From: Vicugna vicugna
Taxonomy: Eukaryota
Assembly (NCBI GenBank): GCA_013265495.1
Contig: MU057654.1
Span: 235,203-299,202, forward strand
Direction: 5' to 3'
Length of the DNA stretch: 64,000 nucleotides
The translations under genes were made by a program, and so were the position numbers. The notes below the pieces were generated by a model, which was not told the origin of the DNA, did not search any database, and was given only the letters and a program-made list of their open reading frames with translations. Shown one piece after another: positions 1 through 13,119 of the stretch; position 1 is the first letter of the stretch; each line of letters begins with the position of its first letter.

Positions 1-715
1 ATACAGCAGTAAAAATGAATGCCCTAGACATATAAGATTCAGGCCACATGTATATCTGAAACCTGTAATGTTAAATCAAGTCATCAACTGGAAGATAAGG
101 ACAGCTATAGTAATGAAATATATGTGTATGTATATATATATATACAATCACATATATAAAACATTTTAAAAGATGCTTTCATTCATAGTAAAAGTATAAA
201 GCAATTTATGGAGACTATAAACACTTCATTCTGGTTATTAGAATCTGAGGGAGAAGGAAGGACAATGAAATAAAGGAAGGGATTCAAAGCAACTGTCAAG
301 TTTATTGCTTATAACCTGCATAGCAGGGTACACAAGTGTCCATCTTATAATTATCTATAAACTTTCATATATTTGATGGTTGATAAATAACAAACAAAGC
401 TTTTAGGGGCTGAAGTTTTTATCATAAATGTAATGGATATTCACTTTACCAAATGATTAAAATACAGTTAACTACAGAGATGAAAACATCAGTAATCAGC
501 AATTCCACCATCACTGGAAAAAAATTTTACTGAGTTCTATTCCCTTATTTTTAGTTTACTTGCATTTATTCAAATATATTGTAACATACATTACATTGAC
601 ATTTCATAGAACTACGGTATCATATATGAAGTTTTATGTTATTACTGTCTTGTTGATTTTTGCAATTACTACTAAATCATTTGATATGGTATGGGGAAAG
701 TATTTAACTTTGATT

Positions 716-985
716 TTTTAAAAAGACTATTATTTTACAGCAGTTTTAGGTTCACAGCAAAACTGAGAAGATACAGAGATTTCTCATATACTCCCTGCTC
801 CCACACATGCATGTCCTCCCCTATTATCAACATCTTGCAACAGAATTGTATGTTTGTTACCATTAATGAACCTATATTGACACATCATAATCACCCAAAG
901 CCCATAGTTTACCTTAGAGTTCACTCTTGGAGTTGTACATTCTATGGGTTTGGACAAATGTATAGTGACATGCACTCATCATTTT
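716..985 (-). mobile_element. Old LINE-1 (L1MC/MD-like) 3'-end fragment
   Basis: Typical antisense L1M 3' UTR text (gcagttttaggttcacagcaaaactgag...gttgtacattctatgggtttggacaaatg). Subfamily assigned from memory. Confidence 0.75.
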
Positions 986-1284
986 AACTTTGCTTTTTAT
1001 TGAAACTTTATAGCTGTACATTCCCATTTCCTTAGCTATGCATCTTAATCCACACTCTTGGAACTGCCACATTTCATATTAATGCTGTTTCATATTAAAT
1101 AATGTATATATCTGGTCCTGCTCATGAGCTTTCTAGTCTTTCTTTCTCTGTATGTCAACCAGTCTGCTCCCAACAGTGATGAGATTACAGCACCACAGAA
1201 CAATTATGGTTCCTGGCAATGTCGATCCAATCCACAGGACTCTCCTTTTGGATGGCTGGAGGAGTCATGGTAATTACAATGGAT

Positions 1285-1520
1285 ATTGCAAATATGTATT
1301 CAGCACTGAAGTTGCTGTGCATTGCTCTGAGTGCTTTCAATGTAGTGTTTCATTTGATCTTCACTGTACTCTTAAGCAGCAGGTACCATCCCGATTCCCA
1401 CTTAACACAAAAGAAACAGTGAGACTCAGAGAAAGGAAAATGTTTACTGAAGAGCACGCACCCTGCAACTAAAGGTACCCAGGGATAAACCCACACCTGG
1501 AACCACTGTCTGTACTGAGC
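1285..1520 (-). mobile_element. MIR SINE (part of the duplicated unit)
   Basis: Decayed antisense MIR core (tttcatttgatcttcac...gaaacagtgagactcagagaaagg). Confidence 0.6.
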
Positions 1521-1944
1521 ATTCTTCTGTGTTAAACTGAGGTCAGCACAGGGGAAGAGACTCACCCAAGGTCCTGTGGTTCAGCATGGGCACAGGCCTT
1601 CTGAAGCTAGCCTTTTGTCCAGCAAGCCTTTTATTGCTTTCTTATCATATAGACTCTTTATCTAAGGCTTAGTTGGAAACTGCCGCTTCAATTATCAAGC
1701 CAGAAGGTAAAAGAAGGGGACAGAGAATAACCTGGAATAAAAGCAAAGTATTTTCTTTTCTCTCTCAAAATTTGTGTAATTCGTCCTACAACACAGAAAT
1801 GACACCAAAACTCATGCACTAGGTAAATGTCTGTACGTTTCTCTTCCTAGGCTGCATTTCTAGGTGCTCTCTATGACAGACATGTTCCTTGATTTATTTA
1901 AAAGTCATCTCTTTCATGGAGAGAGGAGCAGGCTGGGTAGTACT

Positions 1945-2130
1945 AACGTTTGTCCTAGTCCTACAATGTGCCATATGTTTCCACAGGGTTTCTCCTTTTT
2001 TACCCACCAGAGCCCTGTGAGGAAGGTTTCATTGTTTCCATTTTATGGATGATAAATGGTAGGCCCACACGATACTTTTCCAAGATCATGCATCGAGTGA
2101 GGAGCAAGAATGGAGTTCTCTCTCTTTCCC
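1945..2130 (-). mobile_element. MIR SINE (part of the duplicated unit)
   Basis: ccctgtgaggaagg...ccattttatggatgataaa...ccaagatcatgc. Homologous MIRs lie at about 14970, 36365 and 51495. Confidence 0.6.
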
Positions 2131-2698
2131 TTCCCACAATGTACCCATCAGCTTCCCTTTTCAAGGATGAGTTTCCAAAGCTTAAGGACTGATTGTTTTA
2201 AACTCTCCTGGAATTGTGTCCACATGGCTATTTACTCAACACAATACTCATTGTGAGATGAAACCTGGTACCGGATGGTCAAGCTGGTCCCTGAAGTTTT
2301 AAGCAAGGCTGACGTGAAAGCAGAACTGCTGCTCTCCAGAGGATGACCCGAGAAAAGGTTACTGACATTTACACAAAGATTTTAATCAATAGGTACTTTA
2401 TATTTTATTTAATTTAATCCTTATGGCTATTCAAGTTGCTGTACATTGTTGACATTATTCAGATCAGGGTACAGGACTTATGAGAAGTTAGGCAAATTTC
2501 CCTAAAGAAATGAACCTTGTAAAATTATGCTCAGGAACTCAAAATCTGGAATTACACAGAGTGCCAATGTTTTCCTGCCCTACTATGTAGGCAGGCAGTC
2601 ACTGAAGCTAAGTGTATTGTTTAGGGGTTCTCTTTAACAATGAGCTTTACCACTTTTATATCTGAATATATGTATATATACGTGTGTGTGTTGTATGG

Positions 2699-2700
<2 letters not shown>

Positions 2701-2792
<92 letters not shown>
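2701..2792. repeat. Compound microsatellite (TC)18-(TA)n-(AC)n
   Basis: Read directly from the sequence. Confidence 0.98.
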
Positions 2793-4472
2793 TGTATATA
2801 CCTAAAAACAACATCCGTATAGCATAATGTAAAAGTACAAAGTATATAAAAGGGTGCAAGAAAATATTCACAACATGTATTGCAGATATGTTGTTACTAT
2901 CCTCCATCTCTTAACCAACAGAAAAATGAGCCAAAGATTACAACAAAGAATGTGCATTAAAAGCAATATAAATACCCAATGAAACACTTAAAATCATGCC
3001 TAAATATAACTGATGAAATGCCAAATGAGCTCTCATTCTAACTGAAATAAGAAAATATCAACACAGTTGTAGAGAGTGATCACAAGTTTGTAAAAGAAGA
3101 CATTTTATATTTGCATAGATATCTATATATTTTATTAAGATATATACTGGAAAGAATCAACAGATATGTATCAGATGGTTAATAATGAGTATTTTCTGGT
3201 TGGGGTGGGATTCTGGGCTAGACTATTAATATCCTGATACATTTATTTGGCAAAATGAATAAAATCTCCAAAATGCTATTTTCAAATACTAGTTATGGAA
3301 CACTCTTTTCAATAGAACAATGATTACCCTTATTCTGAAATGACTATTTTCCCTTCTTTCTTATTTGAAAATATAATTCAAATTAAGAGTTACCATATCT
3401 AAAGGGCTACAACCCCGTGCTGAGAAAGCCAGTGGACAAAACTGCCTAGGGTCAGAACACAGAAGCCACAAGGTGCACAGATGTAATTCCCCCAGAGCAG
3501 TGGCCTGGATCTCAGAAGGGGTTGGTGCCAGCATATGTCACCTCCCTAAAGGAAGAAGGGACCAGTCACAGCTCAGTAGTGGTAAGTCCAGCGTGGATGC
3601 CAGACCACCCTTTCCCAGGAGAGTATCCATAACATGACTGTGCAGGGGGAAAGGAGGCAGATGCAGGATCAGTGTGGGGCGGGGGTCTACACTGGACACA
3701 ACATATTTGCAACATAATTTACAGACATAATTAGTATGCCTGACATATAAGGAAATCTGACTAGCTAAAAGATTCATGTTCACATGTACCAACAAGTAAT
3801 TCAAAGAAATAAAAAGAATGACAATTAAAATATAAGTAAAATTGCTTCCATGCCAAGAATTAAAGAAATGTAATAACACGATACAGAACATAATGTACAA
3901 CATGACCTAAATTTTGAAGAATATATATTTTCATAAGAACATAAAATGTCATTTAAAGATATAAACAATCTTGCACAAATTTATCTGAAGAATATTAAGA
4001 AATATATCAGCTGGTTTGACATAGAAGTTGAAGACGAGAACTGCAAGATAATTCCTCCTATAAAAGCATACTTCTCCAGTGTGGGGGAACATGTACACTG
4101 ATTTTTAATTAGCAAAATAGCTAAGATAAAATTATGACAGCATGGGATAAACCTAGTTGTGCCTATATTTACAAAAGTAATACTGAAAAATATATATTCA
4201 GAATATTAAGAGATGTTAAATATACTGTAAAATTAAAAGGCTACACAGAGCTCTATATTTATAACCACATATATACAAGCACTCCTTTGTTTAATTTGAG
4301 AGAACACCCAAAGAAAACTTCTCGTCAAAGGAGTTAATATCCATGGATAACCATTTAATTCTTCCTTTGCCATATAAACCCCAGAAAGTTTCCTCCAGTG
4401 GGCTTCAACAGGGAAAGCCATCTTTCCTTCTCTCCTTCCTTGGTTGGCCTCTTGCTAAAGTGATGGCCAAGC

Positions 4473-4505
4473 TGCAGTTCTGGATTTGGTCACCAGATGG
4501 CACTG
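4473..4505 (+). promoter_or_regulatory. CTCF binding site with upstream U motif
   Basis: TGCAGTTCT-N5-TGGTCACCAGATGGCACTG matches the CTCF core (CCASYAGRKGGCR) with one mismatch, plus a TGCAG-type upstream motif at 5-bp spacing. Confidence 0.7.
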
Positions 4506-4846
4506 ACCTCCAATTCTAATTTTACTTTCCAAAGGAAAAAATAATCATTTGGCAAAATGAGCAAATTGTACTTTAAATAGAGGTTATGAAACAGCACGTA
4601 AAATAAAATCATGATTAATTCCTTATGCTTAGCAATAAAAGCTTTTCAAAGCATTCCTTCAAAACTTTGACAATGCAATGTACTGATTTCTTCATTGTAA
4701 AAATCAATGAGACTTAAAGATATTTTTTAATATAAGAAAAATTGGAGAGGAAATTATCTACATATACCTCAGAAAACACTTTTTATACCAAGAATTCTCT
4801 TGAAGTATGATACAGATAAAATAAAAACTAAAAACATCATAGAACA

Positions 4847-5474
4847 ATGATCTAGCAATCCCACTCCTGGGCATATATCTGGAGGGAACACTAATTTGAA
4901 AAGATATATGCACTCCAATGTTCATATCAGCACTATATACAATAGCCAAGACATGGAAGTAACCTAAATGTCCACTGACAGATGACTGGATAAAGAAGTT
5001 GTGGTATATTTATACAATGGAATGCTACTTGTCCATAAAAAAGAATAAAATAATGTTACTTGCAGCAACATGGATGGACCTAGTGATCGTCATTCTAAGT
5101 GAAGTAAGCCACAAAGAGAAAGAAAAATACCTTATATTACTCACATGTGGAATCTAAAAAAAAAAAGGACACTATGAACTCATCTACAAAAAAGAAACAG
5201 ACTTGCAGACATAGTAAACAATCTTATGGTTACTGAGGGAAAAGGGGATGTGAAGGAATAAATTTGGGAGTTTGAGATTTGCAAATGTTAGGCACATAAA
5301 AATAGATTTAAAAAAACAAACAAATTTCTCCTGTATAGCACAGGGAACTATATTCAATACCTTGTAATAACCTTTAATGAAAAAGAATATGAAAAGGAAT
5401 ATATGTATACATATGGATGACTGGGACATTGTGCTGTACACCAGAAATTGACACACTGTAACTGACTGTATAAT
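4847..5474 (+). mobile_element. 5'-truncated lineage-specific LINE-1 3' end with TSD
   Basis: ORF2 C-terminus and 3' UTR. 17-bp TSD aaaaa(c/g)atcatagaaca at 4830-4846 and 5475-5491. Confidence 0.9.
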
Positions 5475-6338
5475 AAAAAGATCATAGAACACTATAGGAT
5501 TGCAATTAACCTTATGAAAAGATATCCAACAACAATCAGTATACAAATAAAAGTTCTGGCAATTTTATCCTCAGCTAAAAAAAGGCAAATTGCATGATAA
5601 AGTTTGCTGTTATCCTATTCTCACACACAAAAAAATGTGTATATCTGCTCATACATATTGTGCATATGCATGTATTGTGTACATATATGTTTGAGAAAAG
5701 CATCTGCAGAATATGCTCCACACCATTAACAAAGGATATCTCAGCAGGGAGAAATAAGGGATACAGGATCATTTCATTTTCTACATATACATATCTTTAT
5801 TATTTGATTCCTATCAACTACAAACATACATTAGTTTTATAATTGAGGAAAGTAAATGAGATACATTTTTGAATACAGGAAAAAAATTGCTATAGTCCAA
5901 TCCCAGAAACTTATTTCATATAAATCTACTGGGCTAGAAAGGAATTCACAGCTGTTAAATTCAAAAACAAACAAAAAGCAATGTTTGCACATGATGTATG
6001 CACAGTTTAATCCTAGTTGCTGTTAATACACCTATGTGTATGTGCAAGTATATGCATAAAGCAAATGTGTCTAAAAATATATAACCAAAAATAGTACATT
6101 CTCACCACCCCCAAACAGATACACATTTCTTCAGAGACCTTCACCCTGGCAGCTTCCTCTTCATGAAACAGAGGTGGAACTTCCTGCCAGAAGCTCAGAG
6201 AACCAGGCAGCACCTGATTCTGCAGGAAGGCCTGCCTGTACCATTCAAACCTCTAGAAGGCCGCGTTTGTGGGTCAGACTAGAGACTCCTCCCTCCCCAA
6301 ATCCTTACTTACTTAGCCACCTCGCAGACATTGAGAGA

Positions 6339-6371
6339 TGTAGTTTTGGCTCTGACCAGAAGGTGGCGATC
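6339..6371 (+). promoter_or_regulatory. CTCF binding site with upstream U motif
   Basis: TGTAGTTTT-GGCTC-TGACCAGAAGGTGGCGATC. Paralogous to 38253-38285. Confidence 0.7.
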
Positions 6372-9300
6372 ATCTCAATTTGCTACCTTCGCTGCAAAGA
6401 AAATATATCAATTTTTGCAAACAAGCAAATACGAAATGAACAGTCCTAACTATATTTGAAAAAATTATATATACATACATATATAAATACTGAAAGTGTA
6501 GTAGTTTCATTTGGTGATGACTCCCAAAGCTGAGTCTCTCCTATCCATTTATTCAATACACATATGTGGGGCACTGCTAGCTTGAGTCTGTTTGTCAATT
6601 TCACTCTTCTGTCTGATCCCCAGACTCTCATTTCCAACCACCTACAGGACATGTTAACATTAACTCGGAGAAAGACAACTACAATTCCTTTCTCCGTGTG
6701 TGGAGTGCATGCGTGCATGTGTGTGTGTTAAACCGAAGAGTTAAGAATCAGACAGGATAGCTCATTAAAGAATAAAAAGAAAAAGGACAAATATCCTTTT
6801 CTCTTCCCAATCCCATCAGAAAACATATACTATAACAAAAACAACAAAATAGCACCACAGCCCATAAATGTGTGTACATTTCATGTCTTGCGTGTATATT
6901 TTCATATGCCATCTATCACAGCTATGCTATTTATTTTACATCAGAATCTCCTCATTTATGGAAGGAAGGATTCTGGGACTAACTTTTCTAACATTTCTTA
7001 AAGGCTCAGTATGTGCCAGATATGTTCTATAGATCATCTGATCTTCTCCATAAAAATTCTGTTAGCAGGATTTTTGCTACTTAGCAATATCTATTTCTTT
7101 TGTTATTATTTTCCATCTGTACATATGATAAAATATTATATATGTGCATATGATAATAAAGATATGATTATCTATGAAAACATTGTAGTGATGAAAGGGG
7201 TGAGGACAAAGCGAAAAGGTCACAGCCAACATCTGTCCCACCTCAGCAGTCACCAATGCTGGGAGCAACTTGGTGCTACAGGGTCAAGTAAGCCACCACT
7301 GTCCCTTGCCTCCCTACCCTACCTGACAAACACCCCATAACCAAAACCTCATGAAGGATAATGGTTGGACTGAGGGCAAAGCCAACCTGAGATACTGCAT
7401 ATTCTCAAGGGGACAGACGAAGGTGCTGGACTAGGCAAAGCCCAGTGCAGTGGGAGAATGACCAGACCAGTTATGCTGAGATAAAGGCCCTAAGTAGTTT
7501 TGTTCGTGTAGTGCTCAGTGAGCAAATTTGGATGCCACTATGCTAGAAGATAATCAAGTTGGAACTCTCAGTTTAATGCTTAATGTATAAATTCATATTT
7601 TCAAGTAGAAAGTCTATTATTGCCTTTTCATTGTAGATATTCACCTCTTCACTTTAATCTAGCACCCTGTATTCATGCCATCTGCAAAAGCATTTCTGTT
7701 CTCAGTGCATGAAAATTGATTGTCTCAATGGGAGAACAAGGATGCTTTGTATTCAGCCATATATTTTGAGAATTTAATAGAGAATATTCATAGTGAAACT
7801 TTTTTTTGGTGAAACATCCCTTAAATAAGAATGAAGACAACCTAATTTTGTTCTCAATTTGTATATTCTGAATTTATATTACCCACAAGCAAATATATTG
7901 TCATTCAATCTTAAATTGGTGGTTGCATTAAAATTAAAATATTTAATTTGAAGAAACATCATGCCATAAGAAATTATGTTTTTGTATGCTTCCTGCTTAG
8001 TTTTGACAATGAGATTTTTTTTAACTGGTGAATTTTTTTTTCAGGGTCAAATGAAAAATAGGTTTCTTTCTCTTGTAAACACTGTCCATGTATTAGCAGA
8101 TAAAACTTTATAAATTAAGGTAAATGGTGTCCTGATTCTTTCATGTCATAGGATTTTAAAAATAGTATTTAAGGCTCAGCAAAGACTAGTGCTGACTTTC
8201 TATAATCTAGACATCCGGTTCACATTTCCACCTTCACTATGTGAACTTAAAACTGAGATTTGCATGAATAAAAGGTTACTTATTTCTAGTCCTTTCTCTG
8301 TCACATCGTTTCTGCCCTTGATTTCCTGATCTATGAAATGCAGATAATCACTCCTTAATGAAAAGGGGACTGTGGTCATTTTACAAGAGCCTATAAACAG
8401 CATCTCTGTATAACACAAGAGAGTGGCATTTATACTACTCATAGCAGGTAAAAAATGAGAGCCATTCTTATTTTAGTAAGGCTTTTGAAGGCCAATTATG
8501 GTGTCCTTATTTTTCTCTTTGAATAATATATTTATCCTGGATAGTCCTGCTTTTCGGTAAACATTTTCATTACCTTCCATAATAACTCAAGCAATAAACT
8601 CTTCTCATCTCCTATTGTCTGAAAGAAGTATGTAATGTCAGCTTCTTTGTGTTTCTACTCAATTTCATTCCTTCTTTTTCTACTTCTAATTCTCTGATTG
8701 ACTTTTTGCTTATCTAAAGATAATTGCAAAATATTAATCAAATCTGCCTTTAGTCTTTTGATTTTAGCTTATCTGGTTTTGGTATCTTATATTCCTTCAA
8801 TTAATGTTAGTTTACAACAGAGGATAAAAATTGGTGATTTGAGGAACACCATTTTTTCCACACAATGTTTAATTTTTAAAATAGTTTCCAGCATCTGTAA
8901 ACTGCAAGATTTCATAGATAAATGCAGCTCCCTGGCTTATTTTGAAAAATGAGGTTTGGTCTCTCAGGGCCTACATTTTTACATTCCCTCAAGGAAACAA
9001 GTGGCTGGACCTGATAGCAGTTTCCTCATCCCATTCACCACAGTTCTTACCACTCTCTATTGTATGACCCTCCCATACACACGCTGACACAGAATGTTTG
9101 TTAGTTTCTATTTTACTATTATTGCTATTGCCTTTCTTACAGTAAAAAAAAAAAATTGAAATATTTCTTGCTTCTACTTAGTCAATCAAAACTGAAGGAC
9201 CAAAAAATAGAGAGTGTTTTTCATTTCAAGAAACCTGGAGAGAGAGAACATTTACCTGTAGAAGCAAAGGCTCTTCCCAAGATTTTTATAGACACCTACC

Positions 9301-10145
9301 TCCATTATTTACATTAGCAAAGTGGCCTCCATAGGTCTTTGAGTTTGGCCTTTCTGGAGTTAAAAGCTTTCCATTTCACACCACTAATTTGCCACACAGC
9401 CTTTCTGAGGAGAATATGATAAATATGTCCATTCTATAATCTTTAATAAGTAAAGAATAAGCATATTTGCAGCAACTTTTTGACAGATTAGACACATGTT
9501 TGATAGGATATAATGAACCATCATTTGCCAAATTTAGTGCTGTCATATTTTCTTACCAGAAAAAGGATTATAGTCTTCCTGCTGGCAGGTTACAATGGGA
9601 TTTTTGAAGATAATATGTTATCTGTACTTATTAGATAAATTCAGTTCTGCGCCAAGTTACCTCTGGCCATGATATATTCCTCTGACCCAATGAGTGAAAT
9701 TCTGTGGGAACAGCATTTCAATTGTGTCACCTCAGTTTTGAAGGTAGATATTGTTCTGGATTAGGAACTTCTAAGAGCTTCTTTGCCTATTTTCAGAGTG
9801 CTTTGCTTTATGCTCTTAGAAGAATTGCATTGCAAATATTCAATATAACTATAAGTGCCTAAAAGGGAATGTATCTAATGGACTTGAATTGTAGGTGACA
9901 GAAGCAATTCCTGCTACTTTCTACATTAGTAACTTTTATTTGTGAACCATGGGAAAGCATTAACTTAAACTAAATGCCCTTTCTTAAAATTTCAGATTTT
10001 TAATTTGTCCATATTCCCTGCTGGTCCTTGCTCATAACCAGCCATTTGGTAATGCCATGAAAACAGGTTTGTTTATATGCTTGTCCATTTGTTTCAAGCA
10101 ATTTGCACATTTATTATCTGTTTTGGTTTAAAAATGAACACATTA

Positions 10146-10717
10146 TTTGCAATTCCACTCCTAGTACACAAGAGAATTTAAAACAGGTGTTCAAATAATA
10201 ACTTATATGTGAATGTTTATAGCAGCATTATTTATAATTGCCAAAAGGTAGACATAACAGAGGTGTCCATCAATGGATGAATGAACAAATGAGATGTGAT
10301 ATATCCATATAATGGAATATTATTCAAGCATAAAAGCACTGTTACATGCTCCAACATGGATGAACCTTGAAACATTATGCTAAACAAAAGAAGCCAGACA
10401 CAAAAGATCACATATTGTATGATTCCATTTATATGACATGTCCCTAAATAAACATAGCCATAGAGACAGAAAATAGATTAGTGGTTGCTTAAGGCTGCTC
10501 GGGAGAATAAGGGGCCGGGAGAGAGATCGGTAAAGGTATAGGGTTTCTCTTTATGATAATGAAAATGTTCCAAGATTGACTCTGATGATAGTTGCACGTA
10601 TCTGTAAATATACTAAAAGCCATTGGATTGTACACTTTAAATAAGCTGTAAGGGATGTGTAAACTGTATACTATGTGAATGATATCTCAATAAGCTGTTA
10701 CAAAAATATAAATTTTA
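10146..10717 (+). mobile_element. Old LINE-1 (L1MB-like) 3' end with TSD
   Basis: gcaattccactcctag...agattagtggttgc...tatctcaataagctgtt. TSD aaa(a/g)tgaacacatta at 10131-10145 and 10718-10732. Confidence 0.85.
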
Positions 10718-10819
10718 AAAGTGAACACATTAGCCCACAGCTTTTGATCACTGAACTTTCAATTCAAGGAGTACTTAGGTCCACCATATCCAAGTTTTCA
10801 GATTGACTCACAGTGCAAC

Positions 10820-11060
10820 TTCAGCAGGGCAGAGATTTTTGTTTGTTTTGTTTACCACTGTATCTTCTATGTTGGGTACAGTGCCAATGAATTCCCTTTC
10901 GAACACTATGGGTAATTCTTCAACATTTAAAATCATTATCTACTAAAATATAAGCTTCAGGATGGTAAGGATTTGGGTCTGTTTTCTTCAGTGTTGATTC
11001 TCTTGACCTTGAATAATGCCTGGTACAAAGTGAGCACTTAACCAATATTTGTAAAATGAA
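10820..11060 (+). mobile_element. L2 3'-end fragments
   Basis: agggcagagatttttgtttgttttgtttaccactgtatc, then a second similar tail ending aatatttgtaaaatgaat. Confidence 0.6.
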
Positions 11061-11989
11061 TATACTGCTTTTCTGTCCCCCTACTCAATCGAAAACTGTA
11101 TCTAACATCCAACCAGGTAGTAAAATGGTGGGAGAGGAAAGTAAATGAATGAAAAGGAATTGATAATGAATAAAAACAGATCATTCTAAGAGGTGGCAAT
11201 GAAATGTGTGGAAAGTTTTTCACACTTGCTAACAATCGAAGGAATTAAAGGAATGCAAAGTGCAGGCTGAGTGCTCTGTGCACTTGCTGAAACTAAAGCT
11301 CTTGTCACCACCGCACTAAGATATTGAGCTTCTGCCTTCTCTACAGACACACAAGCATAGCTGGAGAGACAAACAGGAGACAAGCGACTTCTCACTTGGT
11401 GAAGGTGTAAGTGCATTAAAAGTGGCCCAGATAGCTGACTCTCCTGATGGGGGGGACTTGGTTGTCAAAAAAAGCCACACATCCAGGTTCTCTCCTCTCT
11501 TCTTTACAACTGACACCTACATTGGGATGTGTCTGTGTGTGCATATGTGTGCATTTATGTGTCTGCTGTGGAGTGAATAAGATCCAGGTCTTGGAAACCC
11601 CCTTCAAGCAGAACTTCTCATCTTACATTTGTTCATACGGTAAGATTTAGTTTAGAGAACGTTCATATCCGAGGTTCTCAAGAGAGTGCATGAGCTTTAT
11701 TACCTTCATTGCCAAAAAGAGGAGACAGTGAAACATAAAGCTGATGTAAAAAAAAAAGCCAAGGAAAACTTGAAGATCCACCCTAAACCCAAAGTTTTTA
11801 CATGTAATTCAACTGGTGAATGAGCAATCCACTGAACTGTTCAAGATGATGCAGTTAATTAATCAGAGAGAAAAGTCTGAGACTTGATTCTCAGAAATAA
11901 AGTGTGTCTATTAACTTGGACAGTAACTCAGAACATTTCTATCACCTGATTTATAACCATGGATTTACTGTTGAGACTCCATGACATCC

Positions 11990-12210
11990 TGAAAGACACA
12001 CAGGACTGGCAGTAAAAAGTACTTTAGTTTTTGTTTCTGTTTAACCACTTGGTGGCTGTATGATCCCAGACAAGATGATTCACAAATTTGTGCCCCAATC
12101 TCTTCACCTAGGAAATGGAAGTGATAATTCCCCACATCACAAGAACACAGAGAATTAAAACTGACAGCATAGATAAGGCAGCAGCCACAGTACTTGGTAC
12201 ACAATAAATA
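11990..12210 (+). mobile_element. MIR SINE
   Basis: tgtgccccaatctcttcacctaggaaatggaagtgataat...cagtacttggtacacaataaatact. Confidence 0.6.
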
Positions 12211-13119
12211 CTTGGAGTTCCCTCAGCTCACAAGCAGGCAAAAACCGTGTGTCCTATTTCTTGATTCTTCTGCTTCTTCCCTACACTTCAGCCTTCTGTG
12301 GTCCTAACTACTTTCCCCAGCACAATTAAACACAGAAATGGCAATGATGTTCCTCCAAGAGGGAAACTCTCAGGGGAAACTAATGCCAGCATGAATTTGG
12401 CTCCTCATTCTATTGCCAATGCTCTTGCTGACCTTAACATTAACCTCCAGATTGTGCATCTCCTTTTGTTCAACCCAGTGACCTCACTGAATATCAGCCC
12501 CTCCCCCTCCACTAGGCAGCCTCAATGCCATTGCTTCAACAATTCTTCTGCCAGTTTCTTCAATTCTCTCACCCCATCCTCCTTTTAAACCAACCATTGC
12601 TCAAAAAACCCCACACACTATAAGGTACATAGTGACATTATTTATCAAGCAAAAACCTGGAAACAAGACACAGATCAATTCCCAGAAATGTTATTATAAG
12701 TTCAGGCTTTTGGTACATTTAGTTTTTAAACAATATCATACTTTTCAAACATATTTACATTATTGGGAAATGTACTCAAATTTTAAAATGTGTGAAATTG
12801 AGACAATTAGCAGAAAAAAATAACAATCATGATCATGCCCCTGCCCAGCAATAACCATTCTTTTCTTGTTCTTATTGTTGTGAGGATTTCCATATACGTG
12901 CATACATGTGTATATGTATAGACATTTGTATATGTATATATACAAATGACACCAGCATGCATTGGGTAACTTCTCTGCCCCTGTGCTGAGAGGTAGATGT
13001 AAAAGTTCTGGGGTCAAAATCAAGAGGCCAGAACGATGTGTGGAAACTTGGAACATCACATTAATGATCAGAGCCACAGACTCCATGGCAGAGATACAAA
13101 TGATATCCTCTCCTTTTCT

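Larger units (their letters stand above)
1050..6950 (+). repeat. Ancient tandem-duplication unit, copy I
   Basis: Collinear with 35700-39200: tggaataaaag 1733/36154, cacagaaatg 1792/36217, ataaagcaaatgtgtctaaaa 6056/37961, agctcagagaaccaggcagca 6192/38106. Confidence 0.85.
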
